A program made the translations under genes and the position numbers. Positions 1 through 5,723 of a DNA stretch of 9,233 bases are shown here, piece by piece. The stretch's first letter is position 1, and every line of letters begins with the position of its first letter. The notes under the pieces were generated by a model. That model saw only the letters and a list, made by a program, of their open reading frames with translations. It made no database searches and was not told the DNA's origin. The stretch comes from Escherichia coli (GTDB lineage Bacteria; Pseudomonadota; Gammaproteobacteria; Enterobacterales; Enterobacteriaceae), in assembly GCF_003334255.1 (NCBI RefSeq), contig NZ_QOWU01000090.1; one strand, given 5' to 3'.

Positions 1-76
1 AGTTATCGTGAGAGTAATTCATCGGCACGTTAAATCATATCAGGCGTAATACCACAACCCTTAAGTTAGCGCTTAT

Positions 77-96
77 GGGGGGAAGTCCCCCTTTTT
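77..96 (+). terminator. Possible intrinsic terminator ending a transcript that enters from the left edge
   Basis: GGGGG(77-81) / CCCCC(87-91) stem with 5-nt loop, immediately followed by TTTTT (92-96). The T-run is only on the + strand side. Short stem, so only moderate support. Confidence 0.4.
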
Positions 97-404
97 AACG
101 TCATTTTATGCAGGGAATGTGTAGTTCTACACAGATTCTATGCAGTATCGGTATAGTCCCTTTTTATTCTAACTTATTGAAATATATAAAGAATCTGCAA
201 AGCCTCTTTTCAGGGAGCTATGCAGGGTGTTAGTCGTCCCTCTCCAGACACTACATATAGTGCTATATACAGGGCTATATAACGATATATAGATGTTTGG
301 TCACATGGTGTAACTATCAAGAAACTTAATAGTTTCCTATGTGAAAGTTATTTCTGAGGGTGGGTAAGTGCTCAGGAGATTTCATGAGGATAATTCTTAT
401 CCGA

Positions 405-445
405 ATCATCACGTAGAACACGCTTAAGCACAGATACAAAAAAGC
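405..445 (+). repeat. Diverged member of the intergenic repeat family (shares ACGTAGnnCACGCTTAA and ACAGATAC..AAAAA sub-motifs with the 6874-6937 element)
   Basis: 409-428 cacgtagaacacgcttaagc matches 6921-6939 acgtagctcacgcttaaag at 15/17; 430-445 cacagatacaaaaaag resembles aacagata..caaaaa in the repeats at 6874 and 9113. Permuted order, so the relationship is weaker than between the two main copies. Confidence 0.3.
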
Positions 446-486
446 CCCCATGAAGGAGGCTATGAATCTATGCAGGTGATGAGAAA

Positions 487-1029
487 TTATTCAGCTTTAA
501 TACGCTGTACAGTTGACTTGGCAACGTTGAATTGAGCGGCTACTTTAGCGATTGAACTACCAGCAGCAAGAGCAGCTTTAATACCTTCTCTGTCAACCGC
601 TTTACCGTTACCCCTTCCAACTACACGACCAGCAGCTTTAGCAGCTTCATAACCTTCTCTTTGACGCTCAAGCATCATTTTACGTTCAGCTTCAGCCACT
701 GCTGAAAAGATTGTGAGAATCATCTTAGACGTGGGGTTATCGTCACCAGTTATCAGACCTTCTTTGTGAAAGTGAACCTTGATACCTTTCTGTGAAAGTT
801 TATCCACCAGCGTTAATACATCCACGGTAGAGCGCCCTAAACGTGACAGGTCGTGTACATGGATAGTGTCACCTTCACGAACATAATCGAGCATAGCCTT
901 TAGTTGTGGACGGTCTGTATTCTTCCCAGATGCTTTATCAGTAAATACCTTATCCAGTACGACCCCTTCAAGTTGACGGTCTGTAATCTGCTGGATTGAT
1001 GAAACTCGAACATAACCAATGTTAGCCAT
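487..1029 (-). CDS. Small serine recombinase (resolvase / DNA invertase family)
   Basis: Translation MANIGYVRVSS.Q...Q... gives the catalytic-serine N-terminus typical of Hin/Gin/Tn3-type serine recombinases (Ser at position 10 when started at the second Met), DLSRLGRS motif, and a C-terminal GR..GR..-HTH (SIAKVAAQFNVAKSTVQRI). The ORF track extends to 1053 (8 more residues, MSKANEYI); I prefer the internal ATG at 1027-1029 because it places the catalytic Ser at the canonical position, but the SD is weak for both starts. Confidence 0.85.
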   Translation of the reverse strand: MANIGYVRVSSIQQITDRQLEGVVLDKVFTDKASGKNTDRPQLKAMLDYVREGDTIHVHDLSRLGRSTVDVLTLVDKLSQKGIKVHFHKEGLITGDDNPTSKMILTIFSAVAEAERKMMLERQREGYEAAKAAGRVVGRGNGKAVDREGIKAALAAGSSIAKVAAQFNVAKSTVQRIKAE

Positions 1030-1363
1030 AATATACTCATTTGCCTTACTCATTTGATGGATTGAGTATAACGTACCGATAAAGTGTTTTACAAGGCTAA
1101 TCGGTATGGTTTTTACAGGGGGTTAGCTATACCTTTTTAGTATGCTATATCGGTATGCCTAAGAGATGGAGATGCCTTTACAGCAACTCACATAGAAAGT
1201 CAATAGATATTTGGCTTTTTTGCAAAGGGGGTCACATAGCTGGTGTGACGGGTACTTAGCAGGTATAGACCTGTGATAGATATTTTCGAAGATTCGGGGA
1301 AGATGAGATTCAAAGAGGGCTAGTCATTTTTTATAAAAATTTTCAGACTCTGAAAAGTTACTG

Positions 1364-1468
1364 TACAGATTTTATACAGATATCTTTAAAGTATCTGTAA
1401 AGACTTTTAAGATAAGAGATAGATATCCCAGAAAGGATATCCGTTTAGAAAACCTGTTAAGTATCTCT
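1364..1468. repeat. Cluster of dyad-symmetric elements in the recombinase / methyltransferase divergent intergenic region (candidate operators or recombinase binding sites)
   Basis: TACAGAT direct repeat (1364-1370, 1375-1381); 8-bp inverted arms TACAGATA (1375-1382) / TATCTGTA (1392-1399) with 9-bp spacer; GATATCC (1422-1428) / GGATATC (1435-1441) with 6-bp spacer; AGAGATA (1415-1421) / TATCTCT (1462-1468). Each alone could be chance; the clustering is the evidence. Confidence 0.4.
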
Positions 1469-1521
1469 TAAAAGAGAGTAAACCTTGTCAATAGTGATTG
1501 CAATAAAAATTTTTATTTCTT

Positions 1522-2184
1522 ATGTCAATTGAGCATATTTTAATCGGGAAACATCATGGGGGTTCTGATTACTGGAGAACTCCATTTCTTATATTCCGCA
1601 ATTTGCACCGTGAGTTTAGTTTCAGTCTGGATGGTGCTGCAACTGAGCATGACACGCTGTTACCACGATTCACCAATGATATTCACAATCAGTCATGGGA
1701 TGGTGAACGGGTGTTCTGTAACCCACCATACAGCGACACTAAAACATTCCTCCTAAAAGCCGCTGAAGCGGATTTAGCGGTATTCCTGATACCGTACCGA
1801 CCCCACACCACATACTGGCTTAAGCACCTCTTCACAAACCCGCTTTGCCATGAAATCCGTATTCTTCATCGTGCAGTTAAATACCTTCCACCAGCAGGGC
1901 ATAACGGGCTTGCTATTAGGTCACCGTTTGCAAGTGCAATTGTCATCTTTAAAACTGAGCCACGCAGACATGAAATTACGCAGATGATTTGCTGTGCTGA
2001 TACATTGCTACCGTTAACCATCATTAACAGAGGAGGCTTAAGAGGAAGACCCACCATTTACCCACCTGAGACGCTCGACAGCTTCATAAAGCTATACAGG
2101 CAAGGAAAACCCATTAAGTGCATTGCAGATGCTCTCAGAATGCCTCTGAGCACGTCATACAGGATTGCGCAAAGGTTGAGCTAA
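1522..2184 (+). CDS. Phage-type DNA N6-adenine methyltransferase (Dam-like, NPPY family) with a C-terminal resolvase-type helix-turn-helix
   Basis: N-terminal ~150 aa carry DYWRTP...FSLDGAATEH...RFT...WDGERVFCNPPYS...PFASAIVIF, the motif order of the phage Dam N6-adenine methyltransferase family (catalytic NPPY). The C-terminal ~55 aa, NRGGLRGRPTIYPPETLDSFIKLYRQGKPIKCIADALRMPLSTSYRIAQR, follow the GRP...HTH pattern of Hin/resolvase DNA-binding domains. No convincing SD precedes the ATG at 1522, so the start is uncertain. Confidence 0.8.
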   Translation: MSIEHILIGKHHGGSDYWRTPFLIFRNLHREFSFSLDGAATEHDTLLPRFTNDIHNQSWDGERVFCNPPYSDTKTFLLKAAEADLAVFLIPYRPHTTYWLKHLFTNPLCHEIRILHRAVKYLPPAGHNGLAIRSPFASAIVIFKTEPRRHEITQMICCADTLLPLTIINRGGLRGRPTIYPPETLDSFIKLYRQGKPIKCIADALRMPLSTSYRIAQRLS

Positions 2185-2550
2185 AATTCTCATAAATATG
2201 GCCATTTACAAGACAGGTGATTTAGATATTAAGAAGTATCCCTGTGAACAATAAATGACCAATCAGTAATTATTCTGTGAAATAATTGTTGCAATCTATA
2301 ATCACACATGATATAGTTTCATAGTGGGCTGATAAAAAAGTTCATGTCTTGAAGTGGTAACACTTGGGGAGGTGTCAGATGATTGACGTCAACAAGACCT
2401 CTCATTCAGGGTAATTACCTCAGCGTTTTAATCATCGTACTGTTTCAGGCATGGACTTCTTTATCAGTCCATCAATCCCCCAGATATTTTAATCACACAG
2501 GCTAATCGGTTTTATCCGGTTGGCCTTTTCACGTATGAGGTAATTTATGA

Positions 2551-3489
2551 ATGTCTAAATATAACCCAAATCAGTTTTATAAATTTGATGTGCGAATCTC
2601 TCAGCTTTCAGAAGAAATTAACGCAGCAGCAAGATTAATTTATATGGTCATGGTTCATAGCTGTGATTTCTATGAAGAGAAGTACAAAGCATATTCACCA
2701 AGTATTGACCATCTAGCTTATATGGCTGGTGTTTCAAAGAGAACGGCAATCAGAGCTATTGAGACACTTGAGAAACACGGTTTAATTCAGGTGCAAAAGA
2801 ATCAGGGTCGTCAAAGCACTTATCGTGTATTCACACTGGATGATAAGCCGGAATTACTTGTAAGACCTACATCACAGGAAGTTGCAGCCTCAGTAAGACA
2901 AAATGACACCACTACCAGTGACAAAATGTCATCAGTACCAGTGACAAAATGTCATGGGGGTAGTGACAAAATGTCACCCGTGTTAGATAAGTTATTAGAT
3001 AAAACATTAGATAATAATATTATAGATAAGAGTAAAGATACTGAACTTGATGTTGGTATCAATGAAGATGATTTTCTTTCTTTGGATGAATTAAATGATT
3101 TTCTCTCTATGAATGAATCTGACCTTGATAGTGAAGCTACTAAAGAGACCTCTAAAACATCTGACTTAGAGGAAGATAAAATCTCTGATGTGAATGAAGT
3201 TAGTGACCAGCAAGATACACCTTGCCGCCTCGAATCAACTGATGATGAATTACCGGATGTTGACCTTGATGATGAAGAAGACCCTGAAGAGGAATTGAAA
3301 CGTGAACAGCGTAAAGCAGAAATTAAAGAAAGATTCAGAAAGGCAAAGCTAAAGAACAGGATTGATGAACTTGATGACTTTGATGATAGTGACGATGATT
3401 TTACTTTTACACCAAAAAAGAAAACTCACACCGAGCCAAAGAAAGAAAAAGTTAAAGTCAGACGTGTTTATGCTGGAGGAATGTTTTAA
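2551..3489 (+). CDS. Replication initiator, lambda O-like (N-terminal winged-helix DNA-binding region, iterons inside the gene, highly acidic C-terminal tail)
   Basis: SD GAGG at 2537-2540. N-terminal 100 aa (…IDHLAYMAGVSKRTAIRAIETLEKHGLIQV…STYRV) look like a winged-helix replication-initiator domain. The middle of the gene holds an iteron array plus an AT-rich tract. The C-terminus is low-complexity acidic (DDELPDVDLDDEEDPEE…DDFDDSDDD). The functional call rests on architecture and was not confirmed by a homology search. Confidence 0.65.
   Translation: MSKYNPNQFYKFDVRISQLSEEINAAARLIYMVMVHSCDFYEEKYKAYSPSIDHLAYMAGVSKRTAIRAIETLEKHGLIQVQKNQGRQSTYRVFTLDDKPELLVRPTSQEVAASVRQNDTTTSDKMSSVPVTKCHGGSDKMSPVLDKLLDKTLDNNIIDKSKDTELDVGINEDDFLSLDELNDFLSMNESDLDSEATKETSKTSDLEEDKISDVNEVSDQQDTPCRLESTDDELPDVDLDDEEDPEEELKREQRKAEIKERFRKAKLKNRIDELDDFDDSDDDFTFTPKKKTHTEPKKEKVKVRRVYAGGMF
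2894..2976. repeat. Iteron array: four copies of a ~15-bp dyad element (consensus AGTGACAAAATGTCA) at 22-23 bp spacing, inside the rep coding sequence
   Basis: Exact copies at 2917-2931, 2940-2954 and 2962-2976; a degenerate copy (11/15) at 2894-2908. Arms TGACA / TGTCA are inverted repeats. The period is not a multiple of 3, so the encoded peptide (SDKMSSVPVTKCHGGSDKMSPV) is not itself repeated; conservation is at the DNA level. Confidence 0.65.
2981..3060. other. AT-rich tract with phased TAGATAA repeats immediately after the iterons (candidate DNA-unwinding element of an embedded origin)
   Basis: TAGATAA at 2984, 2996, 3008 and 3023 (about 12-bp phase) within a very AT-rich stretch (gttagataagttattagataaaacattagataataatattatagataag). 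Position relative to the iterons mirrors the lambda origin layout. Confidence 0.45.
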
Positions 3490-3779
3490 TGAAAGAATAT
3501 AACGGTGAAAAACGATACAAAGATTATCTATTAAGGCGCTACAGCATTTCTCGTGAAGGTCATCTTCTGAAAGATACTCATGGGGAGGTTTACCGGATTC
3601 GACCGAAGAAGGAAGGAAAGAATTATTTCTTTTTTGATGGTGTGACAGATTTAAAGATTGACGCTTTGAGGTTTGCAGTGATGTATCATTTTGATGTCTG
3701 GGATTCAGTCCACCAGCTACGATTAAAAGACGGTGACCCCGGTAATCTGAAGGCCACCAATATCATCACAAAACGTTAG
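3489..3779 (+). CDS. Hypothetical 96-aa protein with weak NUMOD4 / HNH-like resemblance
   Basis: Start ATG overlaps the rep stop (TAATG at 3487-3491), suggesting translational coupling. YSISREGHLLKDTHGEVYRI resembles the NUMOD4 motif and VHQLRLKDGDPGNLKATNI loosely resembles the HNH_3 core, but the canonical catalytic His/Asn positions are not all present. The coding call is reasonable; the functional call is weak. Confidence 0.5.
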   Translation: MKEYNGEKRYKDYLLRRYSISREGHLLKDTHGEVYRIRPKKEGKNYFFFDGVTDLKIDALRFAVMYHFDVWDSVHQLRLKDGDPGNLKATNIITKR

Positions 3780-3961
3780 TTTGTTTTACCATCATCAATC
3801 GTAATTGTGATTTCATATTTGAAAAGCTTAATGCTGAAATTGAATCGTGTACTTTTGGCGATAATCATTTTTAAAAGCTGATACACCAGAAGCACCAGAA
3901 ACACAAAGCAACCTAAGCTTGCGAATCTGTGAGATTCAGCAATTGTTTCAAGAAAGCCCAT
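3776..3961 (-). CDS. Small hydrophobic protein (61 aa, one predicted transmembrane helix), convergent with and overlapping the 3' end of the upstream + strand gene
   Basis: On the minus strand, AAGGGGA is followed 4 nt later by the ATG (3959-3961). Hydrophobic segment LGCFVFLVLLVYQLLKMII. An upstream CCCTT / AAGGG hairpin (3968-3985) could sequester the SD. A promoter-like element lies upstream (see 4012-4040). Function unknown. Confidence 0.4.
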   Translation of the reverse strand: MGFLETIAESHRFASLGCFVFLVLLVYQLLKMIIAKSTRFNFSIKLFKYEITITIDDGKTN

Positions 3962-4011
3962 TAATTCCCCTTATTTATCAAAGGGAATGACCTGTATCAG
4001 CCCCTATAACC

Positions 4012-4040
4012 ATAATATCATGTAAATGAGATGTTGACAA
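4012..4040 (-). promoter_or_regulatory. Candidate sigma70-type promoter for the small minus-strand ORF
   Basis: Minus-strand reading: TTGTCA (complement of 4035-4040), 17-bp spacer, TATTAT (complement of 4012-4017). The -35 overlaps the -35 of the divergent + strand promoter. Match quality is moderate; not unlikely by chance in AT-rich DNA. Confidence 0.35.
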
Positions 4041-4062
4041 TATGTTAAATAAATGTTAAGAT
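4034..4062 (+). promoter_or_regulatory. Candidate sigma70-type promoter for the 4099-5374 small-gene cassette
   Basis: TTGACA (4034-4039), 17-bp spacer, TAAGAT (4057-4062; 4/6 to TATAAT), about 37 bp upstream of the ATG at 4099. ATGTT recurs at 4031, 4042 and 4053 (~11-bp phase) across the element. Confidence 0.35.
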
Positions 4063-4098
4063 TGTAGTATGAGTAAGAGATTTAAGGAGATTTTTACA

Positions 4099-4389
4099 AT
4101 GACTCACACAGTTACGCGCCTTTTGCCAGAGGCATTTGAACGACTGGCAGCAATCAAAGCCAAATATCCCGATATGAAGCACACAGCGCTTGTTGCAGAG
4201 GTTTTAAAAGAGCCGGTAGACTTGACCCCTTTCGATAACGTTAAGGGCGTTGCAGAGGGTTCTAAGGCCATCAGAATCACAACGGGCCAACTGGAACTAC
4301 TCAAAGCACAGTCCGCAGTAGCAGGTTGCTCAATGATTCAGGTCTTAAGCGCAAAGGTTCATCAATTAGCGGATAAGCTGGGGGTTTAA
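4099..4389 (+). CDS. Hypothetical small DNA-binding protein; two consecutive ribbon-helix-helix-like segments
   Basis: SD AAGGAG at 4083-4088, ATG at 4099 (the ORF track's 4069 start lacks an SD). Residues TVTRLLPEAFERLAAIKAKYP…ALVAEVL and AIRITTGQLELLKAQSAVAGCSMIQVLSAKV each fit a beta-strand / helix / turn / helix (Arc/CopG-like) pattern. Assigned by eye only. Confidence 0.6.
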   Translation: MTHTVTRLLPEAFERLAAIKAKYPDMKHTALVAEVLKEPVDLTPFDNVKGVAEGSKAIRITTGQLELLKAQSAVAGCSMIQVLSAKVHQLADKLGV

Positions 4390-4814
4390 TGCTATGTACA
4401 TTTGATTATCATGCGTTTTATCGACATAGAGGTCATCTTGTCCGTGAGAATAACGGAACATGGAAAGATTTAACTCGTAATGCTGAACCCTTCACACACC
4501 AGCAATTAAAATCCCGCTTCTCCAGATGGAAGAATGCACCAGCAGATACTGGTGATTTTGAGATTATCCATACCTTCGATTATGCCTCAGAAGATGACCT
4601 TCACGATGCAATTAAGCTGATTGAAGACTTCAATACCTCAGAAAATGTGGATGGTGACAAATATAAATCCCGTGGTAACCGCTATAACCGTGATGATATC
4701 ACTCAGGCCATAAATGCTGGTCAATCTCAGCGATACATTACAGAAAAATATGGTATTTCACGGAGACAGTATTTCTACGTTAAATCATTGATTAATAAAG
4801 ACAATTCAAAATAA
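4389..4814 (+). CDS. Hypothetical 141-aa protein with a C-terminal HTH-like segment
   Basis: Start overlaps the upstream stop (TAATG at 4387-4391), suggesting translational coupling. C-terminus DDITQAINAGQSQRYITEKYGISRRQYFYV resembles an HTH. No recognisable catalytic motif. Confidence 0.6.
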   Translation: MLCTFDYHAFYRHRGHLVRENNGTWKDLTRNAEPFTHQQLKSRFSRWKNAPADTGDFEIIHTFDYASEDDLHDAIKLIEDFNTSENVDGDKYKSRGNRYNRDDITQAINAGQSQRYITEKYGISRRQYFYVKSLINKDNSK

Positions 4815-4820
4815 CCATCT

Positions 4821-4920
4821 CAGTAACGGTAGAATGCACTTTACAGGCAGAGTTGCACCTTAATTTGATAAATTACCTTACCAGCCAGTGCAACTCCCTC
4901 TGTAACCCGCATGGTTACTG
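4821..4920. repeat. About 100-bp interrupted inverted repeat (three collinear helices of 7, 6 and 9 bp around a 28-nt AT-rich centre) in the intergenic region
   Basis: CAGTAAC (4821-4827) pairs with GTTACTG (4914-4920); TTACAG (4841-4846) with CTGTAA (4900-4905); GAGTTGCAC (4851-4859) with GTGCAACTC (4888-4896). The central loop is cttaatttgataaattaccttaccagcca. Confidence 0.45.
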
Positions 4921-4973
4921 GCCTCAGAATGGCTATTTTAAGAGGTCTGAGATGTGTTTTAGAGGAATTTAAA

Positions 4974-5297
4974 ATGAGCAATTACGAATTACAGATTTTC
5001 GTTGATAACGACACCGCTATGATGATTCAGGCTTTCAGTGATTCCGGTGTATCAATTGATTTTGACAGGCTGTTAAAGCTGATGGCTGATAATGCAGAAA
5101 ACATCTCTGACTTTATTCAGTCGGTGGAGTTTAACGAGCCTCGAATGATGCTACCAATTACCGACTCAAACATGAAAAGATTGGTTATCGAGCAAACGAA
5201 CAAACACAGTATTTCCCCAGAGCAATTTTTGAAAGGTGCTGTGACAATCCTGCACAGCGATAATATTCTGGTGACGGATTCTATGAGGGTTCACTAA
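4974..5297 (+). CDS. Hypothetical 107-aa protein
   Basis: SD-like AGAGGAA about 8 nt upstream of the ATG at 4974; the ORF track's longer start at 4911 lies inside the inverted-repeat element and lacks an SD. No recognisable motifs and no Cys residues. Confidence 0.6.
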   Translation: MSNYELQIFVDNDTAMMIQAFSDSGVSIDFDRLLKLMADNAENISDFIQSVEFNEPRMMLPITDSNMKRLVIEQTNKHSISPEQFLKGAVTILHSDNILVTDSMRVH

Positions 5298-5374
5298 TGG
5301 GATTGATAATTGCTTGGACAGCTTTAGGTTTATTTGTTGGTTGCTGGGTGGGCAACACAGTAAATAAGAATTGA
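5297..5374 (+). CDS. Candidate 25-aa hydrophobic peptide (MGLIIAWTALGLFVGCWVGNTVNKN), coupled to the upstream gene
   Basis: ATG overlaps the stop of the 107-aa gene (TAATG at 5295-5299). The ORF is a single hydrophobic helix-length segment with a polar tail. It is below the ORF-track size cutoff and could be fortuitous. Confidence 0.3.
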   Translation: MGLIIAWTALGLFVGCWVGNTVNKN

Positions 5375-5398
5375 TGTTACCAATCTGTTAAAAAGCTG

Positions 5399-5427
5399 TT
5401 GACAAATAACCTTAAGCATGGCATAAT
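5399..5427 (+). promoter_or_regulatory. Near-consensus sigma70 promoter (TTGACA, 17-bp spacer, CATAAT)
   Basis: TTGACA at 5399-5404, exactly 17 bp of spacer, CATAAT at 5422-5427. Predicted start near 5434-5436. A GGATAG / CTATCC hairpin sits at about +5 to +22 (5439-5456). Confidence 0.55.
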
Positions 5428-5622
5428 TGTATATATGAGGATAGTCTTCTATCCGAAGTCTATAGGAAGAGCAATTTTTCCTAAAATCATATTTTCAATA
5501 ATCCGATGGATGGATATTCTGAGTTGGAAAGGTGCAATGCTTTTCGTCATGGCCTTTCAGTTTAGTCTGAGAGGTCATCTCAAAAAGTGCTTAATCATTC
5601 ATTATTGAACCCTTACAGCTTT

Positions 5623-5652
5623 GCCCTAACTCATGATTAGGGCGTTTTCTTT
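5623..5652 (+). terminator. Intrinsic terminator
   Basis: GCCCTAA (5623-5629) / TTAGGGC (5637-5643) 7-bp stem with 7-nt loop, followed by GTTTTCTTT. Confidence 0.55.
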
Positions 5653-5723
5653 AAGAGTTTTGAAACAGAGCTTTTAAAGAAAGTTTTCCTGAAACTTCGT
5701 TAACGTTATAAGCAAACCTTCAA

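Noticed and set aside
464-536. Strong AAGGAGG (455-461) followed by short + strand ORFs (5 and 22 codons) overlapping the recombinase 3' end
   Set aside because: The ORFs are very short and overlap a well-supported gene antisense; the SD-like sequence may be fortuitous.
1556-2057. ORF-track entries 1556-1756 (+) and 1866-2057 (-) inside the methyltransferase gene
   Set aside because: Both are alternative-frame or antisense ORFs wholly inside a CDS with clear family motifs (NPPY and others); no SD and no recognisable motifs of their own.
2453-2470. GGACT / AGTCC hairpin upstream of rep
   Set aside because: No T-run follows, so it is not a convincing terminator; the 5-bp stem could be chance.
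2894-2976. Possibility that the 15-bp repeats are a small CRISPR array
   Set aside because: Only four short units with ~8-bp spacers, inside a protein-coding gene, next to an AT-rich tract; iterons fit better.
4069-4098. Longer start (4069) for the 96-aa gene and longer start (4911) for the 107-aa gene
   Set aside because: The internal ATGs at 4099 and 4974 have proper SD sequences; the upstream ATGs do not, and 4911 lies inside the inverted-repeat element.
4104-4304. Antisense 66-aa ORF within the 4099-4389 gene
   Set aside because: Completely embedded antisense to a gene with a good SD; Ser/Thr/Ala-rich low-complexity translation typical of an antisense artefact.
5399-5608. 69-aa ORF (TTG start) in the leader region
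   Set aside because: It would start inside the -35 hexamer of the strong promoter, so it would not be on the transcript; no SD; low-complexity hydrophobic translation. More likely a non-coding leader or small RNA.
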